Made by a program: the position numbers and the translations under genes. Shown here piece by piece: positions 38,246 through 48,361 of a DNA stretch of 64,000 bases. Under the pieces are notes generated by a model. That model had not been told where the DNA came from, searched no databases, and saw only the letters and a list, made by a program, of their open reading frames with translations. Source of the stretch: Mycobacterium sp. (GTDB taxonomy: Bacteria > Actinomycetota > Actinomycetes > Mycobacteriales > Mycobacteriaceae); contig JAVHWH010000062.1 in assembly GCA_032159915.1 (NCBI GenBank), forward strand, positions 145 through 64,144, read 5' to 3'. Each line of letters starts with the position of its first letter. Within the stretch, counting starts at the first letter, position 1.

Positions 38246-38448
38246 GCCGCAGCTTCCCGGGGCCGCGCGTTGACCCCTACGCTGCCGGAGTCGACTTTCG
38301 GCCCGCTTACGCGGCGCTATTCCTGGGTCTACTCCCGCTGAACAGCCTTGTCAACGATTCATCGACAACCCGGAGATCTGGTACGGGCTCTCGGATTTCG
38401 GTGTTCTCCGCTGCGTATGGGGAGTAGTCTGCACGGCGCCGAGAGTCC

Positions 38449-38488
38449 TGCGAATCATTTGCATCTATTGTCCTGCAATCGGTTTGCA
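38449..38488. promoter_or_regulatory. tandem Nur-like operator boxes upstream of hhyS
   Basis: TGCGA-ATCAT-TTGCA (38449-38463) and TGCAA-TCGGT-TTGCA (38474-38488). Confidence 0.65.
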
Positions 38489-38650
38489 TCTCGATTGGGT
38501 AAGTATATTGGGCGGCAGTGGCGTGCCCGGTTCTCGGTCGCCTGCTCGAAGGTTCCAGTTTATCGCCATGTGCTGCAACGCATCACAAAGCGAAATCCGG
38601 CTATGTGATCGAACAACACTGCCGCAATGGCGTCTTGTGGCGGTCCACGA

Positions 38651-38676
38651 GGTTTGGCCCTCATCCCCCCGGGTAC
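38651..38676 (+). promoter_or_regulatory. SigF-type promoter
   Basis: GGTTT-N15-GGGTAC, 52 bp before the ATG at 38729. Confidence 0.7.
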
Positions 38677-38728
38677 GCCAAAAGGTGGCCTGTCGCGCAG
38701 CGGGCGCGATCGGCCACGAGGAGGGATC

Positions 38729-39196
38729 ATGGCCGACACCACACCTGGCGATCAGCTGCCGGAGGAACCGCAGTCCGAGCGGGGCGAGATGGGATCGCGC
38801 GACACCGGATCCGACCGGCCGAGTGGCGGGCCCACCGACCGGCCGGAAGGCGCAATCCAAGGCGACGAATCAGTCCCGTCGCACGGTGGCGCCGACGAAG
38901 GCCAAGTCGGCGGCGCCGGGAACCTTACGCCGCAAGCGACCGCGCCAGCAGTACCGCCTTACGAAGGACGCCAGACCGAAGCCAAGCCTCCCGGTGAAAC
39001 CGGGGCCGGAGGAGGCGTGAAACCGGCTGAGTCGCCGGGGTACAAATCTCCTGCGCCTGAAGCCACGCCTGGAGGGGCGACGGCGTCACCCGGTGACGAG
39101 CAACCTGCCGGGGAGCAACCGGAGACGGACCTCGGCGACGACCGGGTGGGACCGGCCCACAGCGCCGGCACCAGTCGAGGCGAAAAGAAACTGTAA
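38729..39196 (+). CDS. Gly/Pro/acidic, probably intrinsically disordered protein (155 aa)
   Basis: GAGGAGG RBS before the ATG; almost no hydrophobic residues. Confidence 0.75.
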   Translation: MADTTPGDQLPEEPQSERGEMGSRDTGSDRPSGGPTDRPEGAIQGDESVPSHGGADEGQVGGAGNLTPQATAPAVPPYEGRQTEAKPPGETGAGGGVKPAESPGYKSPAPEATPGGATASPGDEQPAGEQPETDLGDDRVGPAHSAGTSRGEKKL

Positions 39197-39314
39197 GCCG
39201 CGTCGCGCAATTCCTGCCTCGATCCGCCCACAATCGAATGGCCGTCGCACTACCGCGGAACCACCGGTGCGGCAACGGCCGCGTCGCGCAATTGAGCCGT
39301 CGGCCGCCGATGCC

Positions 39315-40094
39315 CTAGGCGCTGCCCGCCGCGAACCGCCGCAGCCAGCCGAACCAGTCGGCCATGCCGACACCGGTGCGAGCACTAATTGGCAAAATGG
39401 CCGCCGTCGGATTGACCGCCCGAACTTGGGCAACATAGGAGTCGATGTCGACGTCCAAATACGGCACCAAATCCGTCTTGTTGAGAAGGACCACGTCGAC
39501 CGCGCGGAACATCACCGGGTACTTCAGTGGTTTGTCATCACCTTCGGTGACCGAATACACCATCGCCTTCGCGTGTTCGCCGACGTCGAATTCGGCCGGA
39601 CACACCAGGTTTCCGACGTTTTCGATGATCACAAGGTCAAGGCTGGGTAGCTCTAGCCCGTTCAGTGCGCGATTGACCATAGGTGCGTCCAAATGACATT
39701 CACCGCCGAATCCGTTCGCGGTATTCAGTAATGAGACCTGGGCGCCTCGGCCACGGAGTTTGGCGGCGTCGAGGTCGGTGGCGATGTCACCCTCGATCAC
39801 CCCGACGGCGATCTCGCCGGCGAGTTCGTCAAGGGTGGCTTGCAGCACCGTCGTCTTCCCCGAACCGGGAGAGCTCATCAGGTTGATCGCGCGAATGCCG
39901 TTGTCGTCAAATGCTTTACGGTTATAACTAGCCCGGACGTCGTTCTCGGCGAAGATCGCTTCCAAGACGTCGATCCGCTGAGAGCCGGTGTGATAGCCGT
40001 CGTGATCGCCGTGGTCGCCGGCATGGGTGTGCGCGTGGTCGCCGTGGTCGTGGGCATGCATGGTTCCGTCGTCGTGCCGGTGAAATCTACCCAT
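39315..40094 (-). CDS. hypB: hydrogenase nickel incorporation GTPase
   Basis: His-rich N-terminus, SSPGSGKT, ECHLDA, ENVGNLVCP, NKTD. Confidence 0.97.
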   Translation of the reverse strand: MGRFHRHDDGTMHAHDHGDHAHTHAGDHGDHDGYHTGSQRIDVLEAIFAENDVRASYNRKAFDDNGIRAINLMSSPGSGKTTVLQATLDELAGEIAVGVIEGDIATDLDAAKLRGRGAQVSLLNTANGFGGECHLDAPMVNRALNGLELPSLDLVIIENVGNLVCPAEFDVGEHAKAMVYSVTEGDDKPLKYPVMFRAVDVVLLNKTDLVPYLDVDIDSYVAQVRAVNPTAAILPISARTGVGMADWFGWLRRFAAGSA

Positions 40095-40106
40095 TCCCAG
40101 TACCTT

Positions 40107-40442
40107 TCACGAAACGTCGAATGATGTCACCAAAAACTCGTTGCCGCACAGCACCTCGACGTCAGCGCTCTCGCAACGCGGACATAGCAACGACCACTGG
40201 GAGGCGATCGTCGACTGGTCGCCGCAGCAGCGGCACCTCACCTCGGCGGTGACCAACTCGAGTTCCAACTCGGCGTCGGGCATGTCCTCGAAGTCGCGTA
40301 GGAGCGTCCAGCAAAACGAAAGCGACTCGGGAACCACCTGGCGAAGCGCGCCGATCCGCACGCGGACCACATCGACATGGCGACCGCCGGCGTGCGGCTT
40401 GACTACGCCGGCGATCGCCTCGCACAGCGACAGCTCATGCAC
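40107..40442 (-). CDS. hypA: hydrogenase nickel metallochaperone
   Basis: MHELSL start, two CxxC pairs. Confidence 0.95.
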   Translation of the reverse strand: MHELSLCEAIAGVVKPHAGGRHVDVVRVRIGALRQVVPESLSFCWTLLRDFEDMPDAELELELVTAEVRCRCCGDQSTIASQWSLLCPRCESADVEVLCGNEFLVTSFDVS

Positions 40443-40805
40443 GCCGGATCACCGCCGAGTCCCGGAGCCATGGCACCTGAGGCCCATGGCCACTGTTGTA
40501 CACCTCAGACGCCGTGAGAATCGCGGACCAGACGAAATGTCGTCAATCCACAGGAAATGGCCTGTTCCCTGGCCTCATTGCGGAGAGCACAATGGAGGCG
40601 TTCGGGAGCTCGCACAACAGGAGACGGGCCACCGGTCGTCACGTGGTTGCCCAATTGTCAGCATCTGGCATGACCGTGCGCGCCGCCCAATGGCGGAGAA
40701 CTGTGACCAACATCAACTGCCTACTGTGACGGAAATCATTGCCGGCTGTGGTTCGTAATAAAGATCCTGGTTACCCGTAGCGGTATTCCGGCACGGGGAG
40801 AACTG

Positions 40806-41048
40806 GTGATGACTCTTGGCCCTCATGTGGCGTTCGCATATGACCTGACCTCGGATGAGGCGCGCCGGCGGGCTGCCATTCTCGAGGCGGTCGGCGATGA
40901 CTGGGATCCGCTGGAAGTACTTGCCGAAGAGGATCGCGCCTACACGATGCTGTATTCCGATCTCGACGACGACCAGCAGCAAATCTACGACGATCTGGTA
41001 GCCGCCGGGGTGCTTCCGGATCGGGTGTCCGGTTGTGTTCCCGATTGA
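40806..41048 (+). CDS. small acidic protein (DUF6400-like)
   Basis: DLTSDEARRR...WDP...LYSDLD...LVAAGVLP; GGGGAG RBS. Confidence 0.72.
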   Translation: MMTLGPHVAFAYDLTSDEARRRAAILEAVGDDWDPLEVLAEEDRAYTMLYSDLDDDQQQIYDDLVAAGVLPDRVSGCVPD

Positions 41049-41268
41049 TCCCACGGCCGATTCGGCTCGCCGCGCCTGGTTCCGCTGCCCGAAGTGCAAC
41101 CACGGCGGCGGTTGCACGGAGTGTAAGAGTAATCAGAATTGCCGTGCGCACTGGCAGTTCCTGCTAAGCAACCAGGCATGGCTACTGCATTTGCAATGTC
41201 CCCAGTGCGGTCATCTGTGGTCAGTCGACAGCCGGCGTCGTAACCGGCCGTGGGGCAGCGTCGCCTGA
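41035..41268 (+). CDS. small Cys-rich putative metal-binding protein
   Basis: CPKC-x5-CTEC-x5-CRAH ... CPQC; overlaps the upstream gene. Confidence 0.65.
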   Translation: MFPIDPTADSARRAWFRCPKCNHGGGCTECKSNQNCRAHWQFLLSNQAWLLHLQCPQCGHLWSVDSRRRNRPWGSVA

Positions 41269-41285
41269 CCTCAGCGCCGACGGTG

Positions 41286-42671
41286 TCAGTCCGACAGTCC
41301 CAGTAGTGCGTTCTCGACGACTTCGGGCAGCGCCGGGTGAATCCAGTATTGACCTCGCGCCATATCGTGCACACTCAGGCCGAAGGCCATCGCCTGAATC
41401 AGCGGCTGGATGATCGACGAGGCCTGGTGTCCCATGATGTGTGCACCGAGCAGTCGGCCGGTTTCAGAGTCCGAGACGAGCTTCACGATGCCGACGGTGT
41501 CTTCGGCGGCCCAGCCGTAGGCGACATCGGCGTAGTCCTGGATCTTGCAGGAAACATCGAAACCTGCTGCGACGGCTTCATTCTCAGTCAGCCCGACGTA
41601 GGCGATCTGCGGATCGGTGAACACCGCGGCGGGAACGTTGCGGTGATCGGTGGCGACCATTGACGCGGTGTCATCCCAGTCATGAGCCAGATTGCGCTGA
41701 ACCACGCGCGCTTCGTGGTTGGCGACGTGCTTGAGTTCATACGGCGATGACACATCGCCGAGAGCGAAAACGTTACGGGCAGTGGTCCGTTGGTATTCGT
41801 CGACGACGACACGTCCATCGTTGAGCTCTATGCCGGCCTTCTCGGCGTCCAATTGATCGCCGTTGGAACGCCGCCCGGTAGCCACCAGCACGACGTCCGC
41901 CTTCAAATCCGAGCCGTCGTCGAGCTCCAGCACGATGCCCCCGGAGCGGCTTTCGTGCGAGCCGAGAATGTTGCGATGGCTGCGCACTTCCCACTTGCTC
42001 GACGCGATCCGGGTGAAGCGGCTGGACAACGTGTCATCGAGGTGCCGCAGCAGTGAGCCGCCGCGGATCACCATCGTGATTTTGACCCCGAGCGCGGAGA
42101 AGATGTGCGCGAATTCGCAAGCCACGAAACCGCCACCGACGATCACCATGTGTTTCGGCAGCTCAGATATCCGCATGATGTCGTCGCTGGTGTAGAAATG
42201 CACCCCGCAGTCCAGGATGGCCGGCGGAACCACCGGCCGCGCGCCCGCGGCGATGACCACCTTCTCGGTGGTGAACTCTTCGCCGTCGTCAGTGCGCAGC
42301 AGATACCGACCGTCATCCTGGACCGCGGCGAAGCGGGTGTGGGCGTCGTATACGTCGACGTTGGGTTGCGCCCGCCGATAGTCCTCACCGCCGATCGCAA
42401 TCGGGTCGATACGGCCGAACACCCGCGAGACGATGTCGTCCCATCGCACCCGGTCGACGTGCGCGTCGATGCCGTAACGCGATGCCGAGCGGATGGTCGC
42501 GGCCACCTCTGCGGCGTAGACGAACATCTTGGTGGGAATGCAGCCGACGTTGAGGCAAGTGCCGCCGAAGACTCCCTGCTCGCAGAGCGCCACCCGCTTC
42601 TTGGCATAGCGGTCGTCGAGAATGCTGTTGCCGGAACCGGTTCCGATGATCGCCAGGTCGTAACTTTCCAT
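41286..42671 (-). CDS. mtr: mycothione reductase
   Basis: GTGSGN, GGTCLNVGCIP, C-terminal YWIHPALPEVVE. Confidence 0.95.
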   Translation of the reverse strand: MESYDLAIIGTGSGNSILDDRYAKKRVALCEQGVFGGTCLNVGCIPTKMFVYAAEVAATIRSASRYGIDAHVDRVRWDDIVSRVFGRIDPIAIGGEDYRRAQPNVDVYDAHTRFAAVQDDGRYLLRTDDGEEFTTEKVVIAAGARPVVPPAILDCGVHFYTSDDIMRISELPKHMVIVGGGFVACEFAHIFSALGVKITMVIRGGSLLRHLDDTLSSRFTRIASSKWEVRSHRNILGSHESRSGGIVLELDDGSDLKADVVLVATGRRSNGDQLDAEKAGIELNDGRVVVDEYQRTTARNVFALGDVSSPYELKHVANHEARVVQRNLAHDWDDTASMVATDHRNVPAAVFTDPQIAYVGLTENEAVAAGFDVSCKIQDYADVAYGWAAEDTVGIVKLVSDSETGRLLGAHIMGHQASSIIQPLIQAMAFGLSVHDMARGQYWIHPALPEVVENALLGLSD

Positions 42672-42682
42672 GCACTAGCCCT

Positions 42683-43693
42683 TCAGCCGTTGTGGGAAGC
42701 GACGCCCGAGGTCGCACCCAGGTAGTCATTCAGCCACGTGTCCAGCGCTTGGTAGGCAACCTGACGCGGCTGCGGCATGGACAGGAACACGTCATGTTTG
42801 GCGTCGATCACCGGAATGATCGTGCTGCGGTTACCGATGCATCCGGCCCAGCGCGCGATGTGTTTGACGTCGAGAACCGCATCGCCGCATTGCAGGACGG
42901 CGGCATCCGATGCTTCGGTCACGCTGTGATCGGAACGCAGGATCAAGTTGGGCACGCCGACATCGAGCCCGCGGTGCAGCTTTGCCTGGCCGGCGCGCAC
43001 GGCGGACAGCCAGCCGAAGGTAATAGGGAAGCCGCCCACCGGTTTCCATTGCAGGTTGTAGTCGAACTCGCCGTGATAGTCGCGGTGCAGGCTGGCGCCG
43101 TAGCCGCCACCGGTCTCGCTCGGGGCCCGGGCAACCCTTTTGTCGCCGATGCGTGCGATCGCGGCGATCAGCGCCCTTGTCGGCGGCCAGCGCAGCGGTA
43201 TCGGACCGGGCACGTCCAGGAAAGGACTGTTGAGCACCAGCCCGGTCACCCCTGCGGGGATGAGCGCGCCGCATCGCCGGATCCGGTCCAGCCACAGCGA
43301 GACAATCAGTCCACCGGCCGAATGCCCGTATACCAGCACGCGCCCGGACTCGGTCTCCTCGCCGATGATCTCGAGGGCCCGGTTGAGTTCACTGTCGTAG
43401 CGCGCCAGGTCGGTGGTGAAGTGCGGCGTCAGACCGCTGCGCGACGATCGGCCGCACTTGCGCAAGTCGAGCGCATAGAACGCGAAGCCACGACCGGCGA
43501 AGTGGTCAGCCAGCGATGTATGGAAGAAGTAGTCCGTGTACCCGTGTACCGCAAGTACGGCATCGGTGGCCGGCGCCGCACCACCACGACGCAGCAGCGT
43601 CGCGTCGATACGGCCCTCGCCGTCGGGATCGTCGCCCAGCGGAATGGTGAGTTGCCAGTAGCCGGGCAGGACGTCGGGCTGCCAGCCAGTCAC
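42683..43693 (-). CDS. alpha/beta hydrolase (Rv2854-like)
   Basis: HGYTDYFF, GHSAGG, HDVFLS. Confidence 0.9.
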   Translation of the reverse strand: MTGWQPDVLPGYWQLTIPLGDDPDGEGRIDATLLRRGGAAPATDAVLAVHGYTDYFFHTSLADHFAGRGFAFYALDLRKCGRSSRSGLTPHFTTDLARYDSELNRALEIIGEETESGRVLVYGHSAGGLIVSLWLDRIRRCGALIPAGVTGLVLNSPFLDVPGPIPLRWPPTRALIAAIARIGDKRVARAPSETGGGYGASLHRDYHGEFDYNLQWKPVGGFPITFGWLSAVRAGQAKLHRGLDVGVPNLILRSDHSVTEASDAAVLQCGDAVLDVKHIARWAGCIGNRSTIIPVIDAKHDVFLSMPQPRQVAYQALDTWLNDYLGATSGVASHNG

Positions 43694-43805
43694 ACACGCC
43701 AGCTTAAGGCGTCGCAGTTGGGCGCGGGATCACTGACGCCAACCTCGCAGCCCAGCGGGTCGGAGCGGCGCGGGATAACCTGACCATCGAAAACAGCTCA
43801 CTCCG

Positions 43806-45338
43806 ATGAAAAGGACGACTAGCTCGGTGCCAGGTCCGCCGCCAAGCGCAACCACCAAGGTCGACGCCGTGCTGGTCGGGACCGGGATCATGAGCGCCAC
43901 CCTGTCAGCGCTGCTGCGCCGACTGGAGCCGAACTGGTCGATCACAGTGGTCGAACGGCTCGACGGCGCGGCGGCCGAAAGCAGCGACCCGTGGAACAAC
44001 GCCGGCACGGGCCACGCGGGGCTGTGCGAGCTGTTTTACACCCCGCTGCTGCCCGACGGGTCGATCGACATCACCAAAGCCGTACGAGTGAACGAACAGT
44101 TTCAGGTCACCCGCCAGTTCTGGGCCTACGCGGCCGACAACGGAATGGTGTCCGATGTGCGGGGCTTCCTGAATCCAGTTCCGCACGTCAGCTTCGTGCA
44201 GGGCGCCGAGCGTGTGGACTATCTGCGCCGGCGTCAGGAGGCGCTTGCCGATAATCCGCTGTTCGCCCGCAACGAATGGGTCGAGGGCGCCGACGAATTC
44301 GCCCGTCGGCTGCCATACATGGCCGCCAAGCGCGACCTCTCAGAATCGTCTGCGCCCATCGCGCTCACGTGGGCTGCCGAGGGGACCGACGTCGACTTCG
44401 GTGCGTTGTCCCGCCAACTCATCGGATACGGCTTGCGCAATGGCACCACCGCATTGTTCGGCCACGAGGTCCGCAACCTGAACCGACAGCGCGACGGCAG
44501 TTGGGCCGTGACCATCCGCAACCGCCGCAGCGGCGAACACCACACCCTGCGCGCCGCGTTCGTCTTCGTCGGCGCCGGGGGCCAGGCACTGCCCCTGCTG
44601 CAGAAGTCAGGCATCAAAGAAGTCAAGGGCTTTGGTGGTTTCCCGATCGGCGGACGGTTCCTGCGCAGCGGCAACCCGGCGATCACCGGCCAACACCGAG
44701 CCAAGGTCTACGGCCTGCCGGCGCCGGGCGCGCCGGGGATGACCGCAGCCCATCTGGACACCCGAATCGTCAACGGCAAGCCCTGGCTGATGTTCGGTCC
44801 GTTCGCCGGCTGGTCACCAAAGTTCCTCAAGCACGGGCATTTCAGCGACCTGCCCCGATCGGTCACGCTCGGCAACCTTGCGACCGTCGTCGGCGCAGGA
44901 CTCGGGCAGTGGGAACTGGTCAGCTATCTGATCGGCCAGCTGCGGATATCGAAGCCGACGCGCATGGCGGCCCTGCGCGAATTCGCACCGAGCGCAGTCG
45001 ATTCCGACTGGAGCCTGACGACGTCAGGTCAACGGGTCCAGGTGATGCGGCGCAACGGAAGGCGGGGGGGCCGGCTGGAATTCGACACCACAGTGCTCGC
45101 GGCGGCGGACGGCAGCATCGCCGGACTGCTCGGTGCGTCACCGGGAGCCTCGACCGCGGTCACGGCAATGCTCGATGTGTTGCACCGCTGCTTCCCCGAC
45201 CGGTACCGAGCGTGGCAGCCCACGTGCAAGGAGATGGTGCCGTCGTTGGGCTTCGCCTTGTCCGAGGAGCCGGCGCTGTACGAGGAGTTGCGTTCGTGGA
45301 CCACCAAAGCGCTGGGGCTGGCGGGCGCACAGCCATGA
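43806..45338 (+). CDS. mqo: malate:quinone oxidoreductase
   Basis: [32 protein letters not shown]; exact start uncertain. Confidence 0.95.
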   Translation: MKRTTSSVPGPPPSATTKVDAVLVGTGIMSATLSALLRRLEPNWSITVVERLDGAAAESSDPWNNAGTGHAGLCELFYTPLLPDGSIDITKAVRVNEQFQVTRQFWAYAADNGMVSDVRGFLNPVPHVSFVQGAERVDYLRRRQEALADNPLFARNEWVEGADEFARRLPYMAAKRDLSESSAPIALTWAAEGTDVDFGALSRQLIGYGLRNGTTALFGHEVRNLNRQRDGSWAVTIRNRRSGEHHTLRAAFVFVGAGGQALPLLQKSGIKEVKGFGGFPIGGRFLRSGNPAITGQHRAKVYGLPAPGAPGMTAAHLDTRIVNGKPWLMFGPFAGWSPKFLKHGHFSDLPRSVTLGNLATVVGAGLGQWELVSYLIGQLRISKPTRMAALREFAPSAVDSDWSLTTSGQRVQVMRRNGRRGGRLEFDTTVLAAADGSIAGLLGASPGASTAVTAMLDVLHRCFPDRYRAWQPTCKEMVPSLGFALSEEPALYEELRSWTTKALGLAGAQP

Positions 45339-45487
45339 CCCGCCACTTCTGGCTCGAGGCCGCCGACCCGGGCGGCCGCACGGTGTTCGGGCTCCCGTGC
45401 CGGATCAACGCTCAGGTATATCTAGCGGACATGTATGCCCTCATGCCAGGTGGTCCGCCGACCATGCACGCGGCCGCGCAGACATGA
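45335..45487 (+). pseudogene. remnant of an ElaA-like GNAT (Rv2851c-like), deletion scar
   Basis: 50-aa ORF with TRHFWLE, GGxxVF and PCRINAQVYLADMYA fragments; ATGA overlaps on both sides. Confidence 0.7.
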
Positions 45488-46695
45488 CGACACCGGAGAG
45501 TCCCTACCTGGTGGGGCTGCGGTTGGCCGGCAAAAAGGTCGTCGTGGTCGGCGGTGGCAGCGTCGCACAACGTCGGCTGCCGCTTCTGGTGGCCAGCGGG
45601 GCAGACGTGCACGTGATCAGCCGCAGCGCAACCCGCTCGGTCGAGGCGATGAGCGGAATCACGTTGTCGCTGCGCGACTACCGGGACGGCGACCTGACCG
45701 GCGCCTGGTATGCGATCGCCGCCACCGACGACGCGGACGTGAACGAGGCGATCGTCGCCGAAGCCGACCGCAACCGGATCTTCTGCGTCCGGGCCGACAT
45801 CGCCATTGACGGCAGCGCGGTGACACCCGCGTCGTTCGAATATGCCGGGCTGTCCGTCGGAGTCCTGGCCGGCGGCGAACACCGCCGCTCAGCGGGCATC
45901 CGGTCGGCGATCCGCGAGGCCCTGCAACAGGGCGTGATCGCCCCGGAGAGCTTCGAGAGCAACGACGTGGTTCGCGGCGGTGTGGCGTTGGTGGGCGGCG
46001 GACCTGGAGATCCCGAGCTGATCACCGTGCGGGGCCGACGGCTACTCGCGCAGGCCGACGTTGTGGTGGCCGACCGGCTGGCGCCGCCGGAACTGCTTGC
46101 CGAGCTGGCGCCGAACGTCGAGGTGATCGACGCCGCCAAGATCCCGTACGGGCGGGCGATGGCCCAGGACGCCATCAACGCGGTGATGATCGAGCGGGCC
46201 CGGGCCGGTCACTTCGTGGTGCGTCTCAAGGGCGGCGACCCGTTTGTCTTCGCGCGAGGTTATGAGGAAGTACTGGCGTGTGTGGAGGCAGGCGTCCCGG
46301 TGACGGTCGTGCCGGGTGTGACCAGTGCCATAGCGGTGCCCGCCTCGGCGGGGGTGCCGGTCACTCATCGCGCGATCAATCACGAGTTCGTGGTGGTCAG
46401 CGGACACCTCGCGCCCGATCATCCCGAATCGTTAGTGAATTGGGATGCATTGGCAGCCATGACCGGGACCATCGTCTTACTGATGGCGGTCGAACGCATC
46501 GAACTTTTCGCCGAGGTATTGCTCAAGGGCGGACGACCTGCGGATACGCCAGTGGTGGTGGTTCAGCAGGGCACGACGGCCGCTGAGCACACGTTGCGGG
46601 CCACGCTGGCGGACGCGCCGGAGAAGATCCGTTCGGAGGGCATCCGACCACCCGCGATCGTTGTTATCGGGTCGGTGGCGGCCTTCGGCATTTAA
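45484..46695 (+). CDS. cysG: uroporphyrinogen-III C-methyltransferase / siroheme synthase
   Basis: VVVGGGSVA, VGGGPGDPELIT, RLKGGDPFVF. Confidence 0.94.
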   Translation: MTTPESPYLVGLRLAGKKVVVVGGGSVAQRRLPLLVASGADVHVISRSATRSVEAMSGITLSLRDYRDGDLTGAWYAIAATDDADVNEAIVAEADRNRIFCVRADIAIDGSAVTPASFEYAGLSVGVLAGGEHRRSAGIRSAIREALQQGVIAPESFESNDVVRGGVALVGGGPGDPELITVRGRRLLAQADVVVADRLAPPELLAELAPNVEVIDAAKIPYGRAMAQDAINAVMIERARAGHFVVRLKGGDPFVFARGYEEVLACVEAGVPVTVVPGVTSAIAVPASAGVPVTHRAINHEFVVVSGHLAPDHPESLVNWDALAAMTGTIVLLMAVERIELFAEVLLKGGRPADTPVVVVQQGTTAAEHTLRATLADAPEKIRSEGIRPPAIVVIGSVAAFGI

Positions 46696-46728
46696 AAGAT
46701 CCCTAAGATTACTGTAGGGTAAGTTCTT

Positions 46729-48315
46729 ATGACGGCTCTCAACGATGCAGAGCGGGCTGTCCAAAGATGGACAACTGAACCCTCGAAGCGAGCAGTTCAC
46801 ATGCCCGAAACGCAACCAGAAAAGACCGCCGCGTCCACTCCGACCAAGTCGACGACGTGGATGCCGACTCGGCGATTCTTCACCGCCGTGATTGCTATCG
46901 CCGGTATGCAGTTGATGGCGACCATGGACGGCACTATTGCCATCGTCGCCCTTCCCAAGATCCAGAACGAACTGAGCCTGTCCGACGCCGGCCGTAGCTG
47001 GGTGATCACCGCTTACGTGCTGACCTTCGGCGGTCTGATGCTGCTGGGTGGCCGCCTCGGCGACACCATCGGCCGGAAACGGACCTTCATCGTCGGCGTC
47101 ACGCTGTTCACCATCGCCTCCGCGCTGTGCGGCGTCGCCTGGGACGACGTCACCTTGGTGATCGCTCGGCTGCTGCAGGGTGTCGGTGCCGCTATCGCCT
47201 CGCCGACCGGTTTCGCGTTGGTCGCCACCACATTCGCCAAGGGGCCGGCGCGTAACGCCGCCACTGCGGTGTTCGGTGCCATGACCGGCGTCGGGTCCGT
47301 GATGGGCCTGGTTGTCGGTGGGGCGCTGACCGAGGTGTCGTGGCGGTTGGCGTTTCTGGTGAACGTCCCGATCGGGCTGGCCATGATCTTCCTGGCCCGC
47401 ACCGCGCTGCGGGAGACCAACCGTGAGCGGATGAAGCTCGACGCAGCCGGCGCCGTGCTGGCCACCTTGGCCTGCACCGCCGCGGTGTTCGCCTTCTCGA
47501 CGGGACCCGAGGCGGGTTGGATCTCGTTCACCACACTTGGTTCGGCCGGACTGGCCCTTGTCGCGTTCATCGGTTTCGCGTGGGTCGAGCGCACCGCCGA
47601 GAACCCCGTGGTGCCGTTCAGCCTGTTCTTCGACCGCAACCGGCTGGCCACCTTCGTCGCGATCTTCATGGCCGGTGGGCTGTTGTTCACCGTGACGGTG
47701 CTGGTCGCGTTGTACGTGCAGGACATCATGGGGTATTCCGCGCTGCGTGCCGGAATCGGCTTCATCCCGTTCGCGATCGCGATGGGCATCGGGCTGGGCG
47801 GCTCATCGCAGCTGGTGTCGCGCTTCCAACCCCGGGTTGTGGTCATCGCCGGCGGCGCGCTGGTGGTCGGCGCAATGGTTTACGGGTCGACGTTCAACGG
47901 CGCGATGCCCTACTTCCCGAATCTGATCGTGCCGGTCGTCATCGCCGGTATCGGCATCGGCATGGTGGTCGTCCCGGTGGCGCTGTGTGCGATCGCGGGC
48001 GTCGGTTTCGACCAGATCGGGCCCACCTCGGCGATCGCGTTGATGCTGCAAAACCTCGGTGGCCCAGTGGTTCTGGCAGTCATCCAGGCCGTCATCACGT
48101 CGCGCACGCTGTACCTCGGCGGCATCAACGGCCCGGTGAAGAACATGAACGCCGCGCAGTTGCATGCGCTCGACCACGGCTACACCTACGGGTTGCTGTG
48201 GGTGGCCGGCGTGACCGTCATCGTCGGTGGAGTGTCGCTGCTGATCGGCTACACCGCGGAACAGGTGGCGCACGCGCAGGAAGTCAAGGACGCTATCGAC
48301 GCCGGCGAGATGTAG
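46729..48315 (+). CDS. efpA: DHA2-type MFS efflux protein
   Basis: [11 protein letters not shown] start, [12 protein letters not shown] motif A, many TM segments; between cysG and proS. Confidence 0.92.
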   Translation: MTALNDAERAVQRWTTEPSKRAVHMPETQPEKTAASTPTKSTTWMPTRRFFTAVIAIAGMQLMATMDGTIAIVALPKIQNELSLSDAGRSWVITAYVLTFGGLMLLGGRLGDTIGRKRTFIVGVTLFTIASALCGVAWDDVTLVIARLLQGVGAAIASPTGFALVATTFAKGPARNAATAVFGAMTGVGSVMGLVVGGALTEVSWRLAFLVNVPIGLAMIFLARTALRETNRERMKLDAAGAVLATLACTAAVFAFSTGPEAGWISFTTLGSAGLALVAFIGFAWVERTAENPVVPFSLFFDRNRLATFVAIFMAGGLLFTVTVLVALYVQDIMGYSALRAGIGFIPFAIAMGIGLGGSSQLVSRFQPRVVVIAGGALVVGAMVYGSTFNGAMPYFPNLIVPVVIAGIGIGMVVVPVALCAIAGVGFDQIGPTSAIALMLQNLGGPVVLAVIQAVITSRTLYLGGINGPVKNMNAAQLHALDHGYTYGLLWVAGVTVIVGGVSLLIGYTAEQVAHAQEVKDAIDAGEM

Positions 48316-48361
48316 CTTCCCCCGATTTGTCGGCCGCTCATCATCGTTAGGCTTGCGCGCT

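Noticed and set aside
38481-38501. Second GGTTT...GGGTA SigF-like pair
   Set aside because: Spacer is 11 bp, too short; it overlaps a Nur-like box.
38604-38619. CRP-like site TGTGA-N6-AACAC (also TGTGA-N6-TCAAC near 40702)
   Set aside because: Only one half-site matches well; too weak without a matrix scan.
39990-40094. His-rich repeat at the HypB N-terminus
   Set aside because: Known nickel-storage feature of many HypB proteins.
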